A DNA stretch of 64,000 nucleotides from an uncultured Actinomycetota bacterium (GTDB lineage Bacteria > Actinomycetota > Thermoleophilia > Gaiellales > Gaiellaceae), in NCBI GenBank assembly GCA_963765345.1, contig CAVXWI010000001.1, forward strand, positions 114,572-178,571, written 5' to 3'. The position numbers and the translations under genes are program-made. Position 1 is the stretch's first letter. Every line of letters starts with the position of its first letter. Positions 41,152 to 52,137 of the stretch are shown here, in pieces. The notes below the pieces were generated by a model that searched no databases, had not been told where the DNA came from, and saw only the letters and a program-made list of their open reading frames with translations.

Positions 41152-42789
41152 TCAGTCGCCGAGGAACGGGTAGCGGTAGTCGCCCGGCGGCACGAACAGA
41201 TCCTTGATCGTGCGCGGGGTGACCCAACGGATCAGGTTCCAGATCGAACCGGCCTTGTCGTTCGTGCCCGAGGCCCGGGAGCCGCCGAACGGCTGCTGGC
41301 CGACGACCGCGCCGGTCGGCTTGTCGTTGACGTAGAAGTTGCCGGCGGCGTAGCGCAGTCGCTCGGAGGCCTGCTGGACGGCGGCGCGGTCGTCGGCGAA
41401 GACGGCGCCGGTGAGCCCGTAGGGCGCCGTCTCGTCGATCAGGTCGAGCGTCTCGCCGAAACGGTGCTCGTCGTAGACGTAGGTGGTGACGACGGGCCCG
41501 AAGAGCTCGTCGCGCAGGAGCCGGAACCCGGGGTCGCGCGTCTCGATCACGGTCGGCTCGACGAAGAAGCCGGTCGAGTCGTCGGTGCCCCCGCCGACGA
41601 CGACCTCGGTGCCCTCGTGGGCGCGCGCCTCGGCGATCGCGTCCCGCTGGGTCTGGAACGAGCCCGCGTCGATGACGGCTCCCATGAAGTTCGAGAAGTC
41701 GGTCACATCGCCCATCCGGATCGTCGCCACCTCCTCGGCGAGCCGCTCGCGCAAGGCCGGCCAGAGGTTCGAGGGCGCGTAGACGCGCGAGGCGGCCGAG
41801 CATTTCTGGCCCTGGTACTCGAACGAGCCGCGCACGATCGCGGCCGCCACCGCGTCGAGGTCGGCGGAGGGGTGCGCGACGATGAAGTCCTTCCCGCCCG
41901 TCTCGCCGACGATCCGCGGGTAGTTGCGGTAGCGCTCCATGTTCTCGGCCACCGACCGCCACATCCCGTTGAAGACACCGGTCGAGCCGGTGAAGTGGAT
42001 GCCGGCGAGGGAGGGGCTCGCGAGCGCCGCATCGCCGATCTCTGCGCCCGGGCCGTAGACGAGGTTGATCACGCCGTCGGGGAGACCCGCCGCCTGCCAG
42101 AGCCGCATCAGGTAGTGGGCCGAGAGCATCGCAGTCGAGGCCGGCTTCCAGAGGACGACGTTGCCCATCAGCGCCGCCGAGGTGGGCAGGTTGCCGGCGA
42201 TCGCGGTGAAGTTGAACGGCGAGACCGCGAAGACGAACCCCTCGAGCGGCCGGTACTCGATCCGGTTCCAGACGCCGGGCCCCGAGAGCGGCTGCTCGGC
42301 GTAGATACGCGTCATGAACTCGACGTTGAAGCGGAGGAAGTCGACGAGCTCGCAGGCGGCGTCGATCTCCGCCTGGTGGGCGGTCTTCGACTGCCCGAGC
42401 ATCGTCGCGGCGTCGAGCGTGTCGCGCCAGGGACCGGCGAGGAGCTCGGCGGCGCGCAGGAAGACGGCGGCACGCTCCTCCCACGGCCAGCGCGACCAGT
42501 CCTGCCAGGCGGCGGCCGCGGCCTCGATCGCGGCGGCGACCTCCTTGGCGCCGCCCTGCTGGACGTCGGCGAGCACGTGCTCGCGCGCGTGCGGCATCAC
42601 CGCCGGGCGCGTCCGCCCGGTCGCGACGTCCTTGCCGCCGATCACGAGCGGCGCCTCGATCCGCTCGCCCGCCATCTGCGCCAGGCGCGCCTCCAGGGAG
42701 CCGCGCTCGGGGCTCCCCGGCGCGAACTCGCGGACCGGCTCGTTGCGGGCAGGCGGCACGCGGAAGATCGCGTGCGTGCCGGCGCTCAA
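41152..42789 (-). CDS. pruA: L-glutamate gamma-semialdehyde (1-pyrroline-5-carboxylate) dehydrogenase
   Basis: Aldehyde dehydrogenase blocks FTGSTGVF, catalytic Cys in QGQKCSAASR and ELFGPV; 545 aa, typical of RocA/PruA. Confidence 0.9.
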   Translation of the reverse strand: MSAGTHAIFRVPPARNEPVREFAPGSPERGSLEARLAQMAGERIEAPLVIGGKDVATGRTRPAVMPHAREHVLADVQQGGAKEVAAAIEAAAAAWQDWSRWPWEERAAVFLRAAELLAGPWRDTLDAATMLGQSKTAHQAEIDAACELVDFLRFNVEFMTRIYAEQPLSGPGVWNRIEYRPLEGFVFAVSPFNFTAIAGNLPTSAALMGNVVLWKPASTAMLSAHYLMRLWQAAGLPDGVINLVYGPGAEIGDAALASPSLAGIHFTGSTGVFNGMWRSVAENMERYRNYPRIVGETGGKDFIVAHPSADLDAVAAAIVRGSFEYQGQKCSAASRVYAPSNLWPALRERLAEEVATIRMGDVTDFSNFMGAVIDAGSFQTQRDAIAEARAHEGTEVVVGGGTDDSTGFFVEPTVIETRDPGFRLLRDELFGPVVTTYVYDEHRFGETLDLIDETAPYGLTGAVFADDRAAVQQASERLRYAAGNFYVNDKPTGAVVGQQPFGGSRASGTNDKAGSIWNLIRWVTPRTIKDLFVPPGDYRYPFLGD

Positions 42790-43307
42790 CTCCGCACCAG
42801 GTAGGTGGAGGTGATCAGGACCCAGATCATGAAGCCGAGCGAGGAGGCCCAGAAGGTCGAACCGACGAACGTCCAGTCGGCCGCCGCCTCGCAGACGCCG
42901 AGGAGGAGCACCGCGATCCCGCCGGCGATCCCGAGGCGGCCGAACCAGCGCGGCACCTTGCGCGCGCTCAGCGCCGCGAGCGAGGAGCCGATGATCACCG
43001 TGGCGGCGCAGGCGGCGCCCGGCGCAGCAACGAGGGCATTCTTCGACGCGAGCGCAGCCGCCTGCAGCGCGAGCAGCGCCGCGCCGCCGAGCACGACGAT
43101 GCTCGCGAAGAACCCGTCCGGGTCGTAGCGGATGATCCGCGCGTGCAGGCTGCCGAGGAACCAGAGGAGCGCGAACGCCGCCCCGACGAAGATGGCGCTC
43201 GCGGCCTGCGGATGCTTACTCCCGAGGGCGAGCGCGACCACCCCGAGCGGCACGTAAACGAACCCGAGAAGCGGGGCGTAGGTCCGCACCAGGCTGCGGC
43301 GGGGCAT
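42786..43307 (-). CDS. Membrane protein, hypothetical (operonic with pruA)
   Basis: Multi-TM; its stop overlaps the pruA start by 4 nt; start at 43346 or the internal Met at 43307. Confidence 0.6.
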   Translation of the reverse strand: MPRRSLVRTYAPLLGFVYVPLGVVALALGSKHPQAASAIFVGAAFALLWFLGSLHARIIRYDPDGFFASIVVLGGAALLALQAAALASKNALVAAPGAACAATVIIGSSLAALSARKVPRWFGRLGIAGGIAVLLLGVCEAAADWTFVGSTFWASSLGFMIWVLITSTYLVRS

Positions 43308-43527
43308 ACGCGACGACGCTACAACATCGGGCTCTAGGCGCGGCATGACACCCCGTCATGCCGCCGCCAAGACCGAGGCATGAAGCGGGTCAGCCGCTCC
43401 ACGTGAAGCCCAAGTGCCGCCACCTCCGATCGTTTACGACCGGTCCCTTCGCAGCCCGTCAGCACCCGGGCGAGCGCGACGGAACAGGCGCCTGGCTTCC
43501 GACCGTCGGTCTGTCGGTAGCGTCTCG

Positions 43528-43806
43528 ACGGTGCGTTTCCATTTCACGCTCGAGTCGCGGGAAGTCGTCGAACTGGCGGTCGGCGAGAATCGTGGCGAGG
43601 TCGAAGCGGCGCTTTCTCAGCTCGGCGCCGAAGGCATCGTGCTCGGTCACCTTCCCGCCCGCGACCTGATCGCTGTCGAGTTCGACCTCGAGAGCGGGAA
43701 CGAGGTAGAGGCTCGCACGCGGGTCGAAGACGCGATCGACGCCGGAACCCGTCTCGCCTCGCTCGGCGGGGGTGGGTGGACGATCCTCAGCGCTGGTCCT
43801 TGCTGA
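43528..43806 (+). CDS. Hypothetical protein
   Basis: VRFHFTLESREVVELAVGENRGEVEAALSQLGAEGIVLGHLPARDLIAVEFDLESGNEVEARTRVEDAIDAG... from a GTG start. Confidence 0.35.
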   Translation, partial: TVRFHFTLESREVVELAVGENRGEVEAALSQLGAEGIVLGHLPARDLIAVEFDLESGNEVEARTRVEDAIDAGTRLASLGGGGWTILSAGPC

Positions 43807-44146
43807 ATCGTCTCGATCCCTTTCGATGATGCGGAGGCCGGTCGGCCCGGCCCGGCTTGCGATCACCCCGAGACGATCGCTGCGCACCGCGAGCGCCAGC
43901 TGCGCGCGGGTGCCGCCACCGGCGACGCCGACCTCGACCACGACCCGATCGTCGCCGACGAGCTCGGCGGTCGCATCTGTCTGGCCCGGCTCACCGACTT
44001 CTCGGCGCGAGCGTCGACGCGCACGTGTTGCCGAGGGCCGGGGCCGCCGTGATCGCGGAAGGTGGTCGGTTCGCGATCCGTTTGCAGATGCGTGCGCGAC
44101 GAGGCGTCGAAGGGCGGGTTCGCTACAACATCGGGTGGTGAGACCG

Positions 44147-44602
44147 ATGCTCGTCCGGTACCCCGCACCCGGCTTCGGCGTCGGGGAGCTCTGGCTCGAC
44201 GAGGAGCGCGTGCTCGTCTCCGAGCTGCCGCGGCCGCTCCCCTGGAGCGGCGCTCCACCGGCGGACGGCCTCGGCGCGAGGCTGGCCGCGTTCTTCGCCG
44301 GCGCTCCCGACGACTTCGCCGACGTCGAGCTCGACCTCGACCTCGACTCGGGCTTCGCGGGGGCGTGCGCGCGCGCCCTCCGCGCCGTACCTCGCGGCGA
44401 GGTCGTCACCTACGGCGAGCTCGCCGCGCTCGCCGGCCACCCCGGCGCGGCCCGCGCCGCCGGCACCTTCTGCGCCCGCAACCGGCTCGGGCCGTTCGTG
44501 CCCTGCCATCGGGTCGTCGCCGCGAACGGGATCGGCTCCTACGGCTCCCTCGGCGTCGACTACAAGCGCCGGCTGCTCGCGCTCGAGCATGTCGCTCTCT
44601 GA
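44147..44602 (+). CDS. Methylated-DNA-protein-cysteine methyltransferase-like (MGMT/Ogt family) protein
   Basis: C-terminal VVTYGELAALAGHPGAARAAGTFCARNRLGPFVPCHRVV contains the PCHRV active-site motif. Confidence 0.7.
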   Translation: MLVRYPAPGFGVGELWLDEERVLVSELPRPLPWSGAPPADGLGARLAAFFAGAPDDFADVELDLDLDSGFAGACARALRAVPRGEVVTYGELAALAGHPGAARAAGTFCARNRLGPFVPCHRVVAANGIGSYGSLGVDYKRRLLALEHVAL

Positions 44603-45554
44603 CGAGCTGCGCGACGAGCTCGCCGCGATCGCGCCCGCGCGCGCCTGCTGCCGGCTCGCCGAGCTCTCGGCGCTCTACCACGCTGCCGGCACGTGGCACC
44701 TGCACGGCCACGGCGAGCTCTCTGTTCACCTCGACCTCGGCAGCGCCGCCGCCGCCCGGCGCGCGTTCAGCCTCCTGCGCGACCTCGGCATCCGCTCCGA
44801 GATCCGCACCCACCCCCGGCGGGCCTTCGACCGCGCGACCCGCTTCGAGCTCCTCGTCGAGGTCGACGCCGCCGCAGCGGCGCTCCTCCACGAGGCGGGT
44901 GTCCTCTCGCCGCGCGGGGCGCCGCTGCAGCGGCCGCCGAAGCGCGTCGTCGGGCGCTCCTGCTGCCGCGGCGCCTACCTGCGCGGTGCGCTGCTCGGTG
45001 CCGGCTCGCTCTCGGGGCCGCGCTCGCCCCAGCTCGAGCTGCGCGCGAGCGACGCCGAGGGCGCCCGCACGCTCGTCGCCGTCGCGGCGCGCGAGGGAGT
45101 CAGGCTCGCCATGGTCGAGCGGCGCGGCCACGCCGCCGCCTACGCAAGGTCGGGCGAGGCGATCGCCGACCTGCTCGCGCTCGCCGGCGCCAGCCGGGCG
45201 GCGCTCCGGCTCGACGAGCACGCCGTCGTCGCCGCGACGCGCTCGCAGGCAAACCGCCTCGCAAACGCCGACGAGGCGAACGTCAAACGCTCGGTGCGGG
45301 CGGCGCAGCGCCAGCTCGAGGCGATCCGGCAGCTCGACCTCGACGCGCTGCCGCGCAAGCTCGGCGAGATCGCGCTCCTGCGCCTCAGGCACCCGTCGCT
45401 CTCGCTCGCAGAGCTCGCGGCCAAGTGCCGGCCGCCGATCACGAAGGCCGCCGCCCACCACCGGCTGGCGGCGGTCGTCCAGCTCGCCGACGCGGAGGAG
45501 GGGGAGCTCCGAGGACGAACTCCCCCTCTGTCAACGCACGCTCTTTCTCGCTGA
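44589..45554 (+). CDS. whiA: DNA-binding protein WhiA
   Basis: MSLSDELRDELAAI...RACCRLAELSALYHAAG... (LAGLIDADG-like domains) plus a C-terminal HTH; canonical position upstream of gap-pgk-tpiA. Confidence 0.9.
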   Translation: MSLSDELRDELAAIAPARACCRLAELSALYHAAGTWHLHGHGELSVHLDLGSAAAARRAFSLLRDLGIRSEIRTHPRRAFDRATRFELLVEVDAAAAALLHEAGVLSPRGAPLQRPPKRVVGRSCCRGAYLRGALLGAGSLSGPRSPQLELRASDAEGARTLVAVAAREGVRLAMVERRGHAAAYARSGEAIADLLALAGASRAALRLDEHAVVAATRSQANRLANADEANVKRSVRAAQRQLEAIRQLDLDALPRKLGEIALLRLRHPSLSLAELAAKCRPPITKAAAHHRLAAVVQLADAEEGELRGRTPPLSTHALSR

Positions 45555-45718
45555 CGCCGAACGGGGTCTGAATTCGGCGTCAGGGGAACGTGGTCCCTCC
45601 GCGGGGTGAGTATCTCGCACGGTCAGGCGGCAATTCCAGGCGACTTGCAACCGATATTTCCGCAGCGACCGCGGCAGAGGGGACTGCGGGCGTGGCAGGT
45701 GCGCTACGGTGCGGCGCG

Positions 45719-47236
45719 GTGACCACCCCGTTCGAAGAGCTGCGCCAGCGACTGGCCGAGATCAGCGACGTCTCGCGCGCCGCCGCGCTGCTCAGCTGGG
45801 ACCAGAACGTGATGATGCCGCCGCGCGGGGCGCCCGCGCGGGCCGAGCAGCTCGCGACGCTCGGCCGGATCGTCCACGACAAGTTCGTCTCGCCCGAAAT
45901 CGGCCGCCTGCTCGACGAGCTCGCCCCCTTCGCGGCCGAGCACGACCCCGACTCGTTCGAGGCGCGCCTGATCACGGTGACGCGCGAGGACTTCGAGAAG
46001 GCGAGCAAGGTGCCGACCGAGCTGCGGGCCGAGATGTCGCGGTCGGCCTCGCTCGCGCTCCCCGTCTGGGTCGAGGCACGCAAGAACAACGACTTCGCGA
46101 GCTTCCTCCCGGCGCTGCGTGAGAACCTCGAGCTGCGCCGCCGCTACGTCGCCTGCTTCGAGGGCGACTACGCCGAGCCCTACGACGCCCTCCTCGACGA
46201 CTTCGAGCGCGGCCTGACGACGGCCGAGGTGCGAACGATCTTCGACTACCTGAAACAGGAGCAGGCGCCCCTCGTCAAGCAACTGGCGGCCGCCGAGGAC
46301 GAGGCGCCACCGGCCGGCCAGGTCTTCCCGATCGAGCGGCAGAAGGAGTTCGAGCTCGAGGTCGTGCGCCGCTTCGGCTTCGACGAGACGGCGTGGCGGC
46401 TCGACCCAACCGTGCACCCCTTCGCGACGGCGATCGGCGGCGAGGACATCCGCGTCACCACACGCTACTTCGACGACCGCCTCGACGGGCTCTTCGCGAC
46501 GATGCACGAGACCGGCCACGGCCTCTACGAGCACCAGATCGACCGCAAGCTCGACCGGACGCCGCTCGGCGGCGGCGTCTCGCTCGGGATGCACGAGTCG
46601 CAGAGCCGGATGTGGGAGAACCTCGTCGGCCGCTCGCTGCCGATGTGGCGTTTCTTCTTCCCGCGTCTGCTCAAGACGTTCCCCGAGGCCCTTGCCGGCT
46701 ACGACGTCGAGCGGTTCTACCGCGAGATCAACGCCGTCCGGCGCTCGCTGATCCGGGTCGAGGCCGACGAGGCCACCTACAACCTCCACATCATCCTCCG
46801 CTTCGAGCTCGAGCAGCAGCTCCTCGACGAGTCGTTCCCGCTCGAACAGCTGCCCGAGGAGTGGAACCGGCGGATGTGGGAGTACCTCGGGATCGAGGTG
46901 CCCGACAACCGGCGCGGCGTCCTCCAGGACACGCACTGGGCGATCGGCGCGATCGGCTACTTCTCGACCTACGCGCTCGGCAACCTGATCTCGGCGCAGC
47001 TCTGGGAGCGGATCACCGCCGAGCTGCCCGACCTCGAGCAGGGATTCGAGCGCGGCGAGTTCGACCCGCTGCGGGAGTGGCTGCGCGAGCACCTCCACCG
47101 CTACGGGCGCACGTTCTCGCCGGCCGAGACGCTCGAGCGGGCGACCGGGAGCCGCGGGATCGACCCCGAGCCGTACGTGCGCTACCTGCGTCGGAAGCTC
47201 GGCGCGGTCTACGGGCTGCCCGCGGCAGCGGGCTGA
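45719..47236 (+). CDS. M32 family carboxypeptidase (carboxypeptidase Taq-like)
   Basis: HETGHGLYE zinc motif plus HESQSR and IRVEADE blocks; GTG start is my choice (the ORF extends to 45590). Confidence 0.85.
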   Translation: MTTPFEELRQRLAEISDVSRAAALLSWDQNVMMPPRGAPARAEQLATLGRIVHDKFVSPEIGRLLDELAPFAAEHDPDSFEARLITVTREDFEKASKVPTELRAEMSRSASLALPVWVEARKNNDFASFLPALRENLELRRRYVACFEGDYAEPYDALLDDFERGLTTAEVRTIFDYLKQEQAPLVKQLAAAEDEAPPAGQVFPIERQKEFELEVVRRFGFDETAWRLDPTVHPFATAIGGEDIRVTTRYFDDRLDGLFATMHETGHGLYEHQIDRKLDRTPLGGGVSLGMHESQSRMWENLVGRSLPMWRFFFPRLLKTFPEALAGYDVERFYREINAVRRSLIRVEADEATYNLHIILRFELEQQLLDESFPLEQLPEEWNRRMWEYLGIEVPDNRRGVLQDTHWAIGAIGYFSTYALGNLISAQLWERITAELPDLEQGFERGEFDPLREWLREHLHRYGRTFSPAETLERATGSRGIDPEPYVRYLRRKLGAVYGLPAAAG

Positions 47237-47290
47237 GGGCAGCGACGCCTGGCGGCGGTTCTCCGGGCGCGTTTTCGCCGCTCTGACTAA

Positions 47291-48307
<1,017 letters not shown>

Positions 48308-48312
48308 GGCCG

Positions 48313-49362
48313 TTGCGTCTGCCGCGCTCGGTAGCCGAGGCCGACGTCGACGGGAAGGTCGTGCTCGTTCGGGCCGACCTGAACGTCCCGCTCGACGAGG
48401 GCCGGGTCGCCGACGACGCGCGCATCCGCGCCTCGCTGCCGACCGTGCGGCTGCTGCTCGACCGCGGCGCCCGCGCCGTACGCATCTGCTCGCACCTCGG
48501 CCGCCCCAAGGGCGAGGAGGACCGGGCCAGGTACGCGATCGCCCCGGTCGCCGCCCGGGTCGGCGAGCTCGTCGCCGACGGCCGGGTGACCGTGCTCGAG
48601 AACACGCGCTTCGACCCCGGCGAGACCGCCAACGACCCCGGCTACGCGCGGGTGCTCGCCGCCGGTTGCGATCTCTACGTCAACGACGCCTTCGGCTCGG
48701 CCCACCGGGCGCACGCCTCGACCGAGGCCGTCGCCCACCTCCTGCCCGCCTACGCCGGCCTGCTCCTCCTGGCTGAGCTGGAGCACCTCGGCCGCCTGCT
48801 CGGCGAGGTCGACCGTCCGTTCGTGATCGTCGCCGGCGGCGCCAAGGTCGACGACAAGGTCGGCGTCCTGAAGAACCTCGGCGCCCGCGCCGACCGGGTC
48901 CTGATCGGCGGCAAGATGGCCGAGGACGTGCGGGCCGAGAACCCGTTCTCCTTCCCGGTGCTGCTTCCGAGCGACGTCGTCGCCGCCGAGTCGTTCGCCG
49001 CCGACGCGGAGGCGCGGCTCGCCCCCTACGACGACCCGCCCGCCGGCTGGCTCGGGCTCGACATCGGCCCCGTCGCCCGCGAGGAGTTCGCCGCTGCGAT
49101 CGCGGACGCCGGGACCGTCTTCTGGAACGGCCCGATGGGCGTCTTCGAATGGCCCCGGTTCGCCGAAGGGACGCTCGCGGTCGCCCGCGCGGTCGCCGCC
49201 TGCCCCGGCTTCACCGTCGTCGGCGGCGGCGACTCGGTCCGTGCCGTCCACGAGGCCGGGCTCGCCGACAGCATCTCGTGGGTCTCGACCGGCGGCGGCG
49301 CGTCACTCGAGCTGCTCGAGGGCAAGGAACTGCCGGGCGTCGCGGCGATCCCGGAGCACTAG
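48313..49362 (+). CDS. pgk: Phosphoglycerate kinase
   Basis: KVVLVRADLNVPLDEG, ...SHLGRPKG, FVIVAGGAKVDDK and VGGGDS. Confidence 0.9.
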   Translation: MRLPRSVAEADVDGKVVLVRADLNVPLDEGRVADDARIRASLPTVRLLLDRGARAVRICSHLGRPKGEEDRARYAIAPVAARVGELVADGRVTVLENTRFDPGETANDPGYARVLAAGCDLYVNDAFGSAHRAHASTEAVAHLLPAYAGLLLLAELEHLGRLLGEVDRPFVIVAGGAKVDDKVGVLKNLGARADRVLIGGKMAEDVRAENPFSFPVLLPSDVVAAESFAADAEARLAPYDDPPAGWLGLDIGPVAREEFAAAIADAGTVFWNGPMGVFEWPRFAEGTLAVARAVAACPGFTVVGGGDSVRAVHEAGLADSISWVSTGGGASLELLEGKELPGVAAIPEH

Positions 49363-49363
49363 C

Positions 49364-50071
49364 GTGCTGATCGCCGGGAACTGGAAGATGTTCAAGGGCC
49401 CGGACGAGACCGGTGCCTTCTGTCGCGCCCTCCGCGAGGCCGACCTCGGCAGCGTCGAGGTGGTCGTCTGCCCGCCCTACGTCTCGCTCGGCGAGGCGGT
49501 GCAGGCGCTCGCCGGCACCGAGATCGGCGTTGCCGCCCAGAACGTCCACTGGGCGCCCGCAGGGGCGTTCACCGGCGAGGTCTCGGCGCCGATGCTGCGC
49601 GAACTCGGCGTCTACGGCACGATCGTCGGCCACTCCGAGCGGCGGCAGTACTTCGGCGAGACCGACGAGACCGTCGTCCGCCGGCTCGTCGCGGCGCGCG
49701 AGCACGGCCTGCACGCGATCGCGTGCGTCGGCGAGACCGAGTCGGAGCGCGAGGCGGGGGAGACCGAGGCCGTCCTCGCGCGGCAGGTGTCGGCGATCGC
49801 GGAGGGAGTCGCGGAGCTGGACGAGCTCGTCCTCGCCTACGAGCCCGTCTGGGCGATCGGCACCGGCCGGACGGCGACCCCGGAGCTCGCCCAGGAGGCG
49901 CACGCGTTCGTGAAGACGATCCTCGACGTGCCGGTGCTCTACGGCGGCTCGGTCAAGCCGGAGAACGCCGCCGAGCTCGCCGCCCAGCCCGACGTCGACG
50001 GCGCGCTCGTCGGCGGCGCCTCGCTCGACCTGGCATCGTTCGCGGCGATTTGCCGGGCAGCGTCCCCCTAG
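49364..50071 (+). CDS. tpiA: Triose-phosphate isomerase
   Basis: LIAGNWKM, VGHSERR, AYEPVWAIGTG and GGSV. Confidence 0.9.
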   Translation: MLIAGNWKMFKGPDETGAFCRALREADLGSVEVVVCPPYVSLGEAVQALAGTEIGVAAQNVHWAPAGAFTGEVSAPMLRELGVYGTIVGHSERRQYFGETDETVVRRLVAAREHGLHAIACVGETESEREAGETEAVLARQVSAIAEGVAELDELVLAYEPVWAIGTGRTATPELAQEAHAFVKTILDVPVLYGGSVKPENAAELAAQPDVDGALVGGASLDLASFAAICRAASP

Positions 50072-50079
50072 TCGCGCTC

Positions 50080-51495
50080 GTGATCGCCGACGGCTGGGGG
50101 TGCGCCCCTCCCGGCCCCGGCAACGCGGTCGCGCTCGCGGCGACGCCGGTCTTCGACTCGCTGCTCGCCCGCTACCCGCACACGACCCTCGCGGCCTCGG
50201 GCGAGGCGGCCGGGCTGCCGCCGGGACAGATGGGGAACTCGGAGGTCGGGCATCTGACGATCGGCGCCGGGCGGCGGCTCTACCAGGACCTGATGCGCGT
50301 GAACCGCGCCGTCGCCGACGGCTCCCTGGCCGCGAACCCGGCCCTGCAGGCGGCGTTCGCCCGCGCCGGCCGCGTCCACCTGCTCGGGCTCGTCTCCAGG
50401 GGCGGTGTGCACTCGCATCTCGACCACCTGCGGGCGCTCCTCGACCTGGCGCCGGAGGACACATGGATCCACGCCTTCACCGACGGCCGCGACGTCTCCC
50501 CGCACGCGGCGCTCGCCGACCTGGCGACGCTGCCCGGCGAGCGCATCGCGACGGTCGCCGGGCGCTACTACGCGATGGACCGTGACAACCGACCCGAGCG
50601 GACAGAGCAGGCGCTCGACGCGCTCATGCGCGGCCGCGGCGCCGAGGCGCCGAACGCCCTCGCGGCGGTGCAGGCGAGCTACGACGCCGGCATCAGCGAC
50701 GAGTTCATCAAGCCGACGGTGATCGAGGGGACACCGCGGCTCGCGCCCGGCGATACCGCGGTCTTCTTCAACTTTCGCCCCGACCGGGCCCGCCAGCTCG
50801 CGCGGGCGCTCGTCGTCGCCGGCGTCGAGCTGACGACGATGACCCGCTACGGGGCCGACCTCGACACCCCCGTCGTCTTCGCGGAGCAGACTGTGCCGGC
50901 GACCCTCGCCGAGGTGCTCGCGGACGCCGGCGTCCGCCAGCTCCACGTCGCCGAGACGGAGAAGTACGCGCACGTGACCTACTTCTTCAACGGCGGGATC
51001 GAGGAGCCGAGGCCGGGGGAGACGCGGATCCTTGTCCCGAGCCCGCGCGATGTCCGCAGCTACGACCTGCGGCCCGAGATGGCGGCGGAGGAGGTCACGG
51101 ATCGCTTCTGCGCCGAGGTCGGCGACGGCTACGGCTTCGCGCTCGTCAACTTCGCGAACCCGGACATGGTCGGACACACGGGCGTCCTCCCGGCCGTCGT
51201 CGCGGCGGTCGAGACGACCGACCGCTGCCTCGGCCGGGTCGTCGAGCAGGTCGGCCGCCTCGGCGGCGTCTGCCTGGTCACCGCCGATCACGGCAACGCC
51301 GAGCAGACGCTCGAGGCGGACGGCGTCTCGCCGCACACGGCGCACACGACGAATCGCGTGCCCCTGATCGTCAGCGGCGAGGCGGCTTTGCGGGAAGGCG
51401 GCGAGCTCGCCGACCTCGCCCCGACCGTGCTCGCGCTGCTCGGACTCGCCCCGCCGCCGGAGATGACCGGTAAAGATTTGTTGAAGCACCCTTAG
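50080..51495 (+). CDS. gpmI: 2,3-bisphosphoglycerate-independent phosphoglycerate mutase
   Basis: IADGWG, GNSEVGHLTIGAGR, ...HAFTDGRDV and ADHGNAE. Confidence 0.9.
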   Translation: MIADGWGCAPPGPGNAVALAATPVFDSLLARYPHTTLAASGEAAGLPPGQMGNSEVGHLTIGAGRRLYQDLMRVNRAVADGSLAANPALQAAFARAGRVHLLGLVSRGGVHSHLDHLRALLDLAPEDTWIHAFTDGRDVSPHAALADLATLPGERIATVAGRYYAMDRDNRPERTEQALDALMRGRGAEAPNALAAVQASYDAGISDEFIKPTVIEGTPRLAPGDTAVFFNFRPDRARQLARALVVAGVELTTMTRYGADLDTPVVFAEQTVPATLAEVLADAGVRQLHVAETEKYAHVTYFFNGGIEEPRPGETRILVPSPRDVRSYDLRPEMAAEEVTDRFCAEVGDGYGFALVNFANPDMVGHTGVLPAVVAAVETTDRCLGRVVEQVGRLGGVCLVTADHGNAEQTLEADGVSPHTAHTTNRVPLIVSGEAALREGGELADLAPTVLALLGLAPPPEMTGKDLLKHP

Positions 51496-51514
51496 GTTTC
51501 CCTAAAGAGTTCAA

Positions 51515-52123
51515 TTGCCAGGCGTACAGTGGTTTGCGGTGTCACTCCCCCAGCCGGACCCGGACGTCCTCCGCAAAGCACAGCAGGGTGATCGCGAGGC
51601 GTTCGCGTCGATCGTCCGAGCCTACGAGACGCCGATCCACAACTACATCCTCCGGCTGACCGGCGACCGCACGCTCGCCGAGGACCTGACGCAGGAGGTT
51701 TTCCTCCGCGTCTACAACGGCTTGCCCCGCTTCTCGCTGCGCTGCAAGTTCACGACCTGGCTCTTCCAGGTGACGAAGAACCGCGTGCTCGACGAGCTGC
51801 GCTCCCGCGAGCGCCGCCCCTCCGGGATCAGCTTCGACGAGATCCCGCCGCTCGAGAGCTACGACCAGCCCGCCGAGCGCGGCGAGACGATCGACGCGAT
51901 CTGGCGGGCCGTCCACGAGCTCAACCCGGATCTGAAGATGGCGCTCCTCCTGCGCGACATCGTCGGGCTGCCCTACACCGAGATCGGCGACGTGCTCGAG
52001 ATCACGCTCTCGACCGTCAAGTGGCGCATCTTCAAGGCGCGCGAGGAAGTCCAGCTCTCGCTGGCCCGCGAGGGCTACACGTTCGAGAAGTCCGTGCGGA
52101 CGCCCGGCGAGATCCTCGTCTAG
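51515..52123 (+). CDS. ECF-type RNA polymerase sigma-70 factor
   Basis: Region 2 (YILRLTGDRTLAEDLTQEVFLRVY) and region 4 HTH (GLPYTEIGDVLEITLSTVKWRIFKAR). Confidence 0.85.
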   Translation: MPGVQWFAVSLPQPDPDVLRKAQQGDREAFASIVRAYETPIHNYILRLTGDRTLAEDLTQEVFLRVYNGLPRFSLRCKFTTWLFQVTKNRVLDELRSRERRPSGISFDEIPPLESYDQPAERGETIDAIWRAVHELNPDLKMALLLRDIVGLPYTEIGDVLEITLSTVKWRIFKAREEVQLSLAREGYTFEKSVRTPGEILV

Positions 52124-52137
52124 CCCGTCGGCGACTC

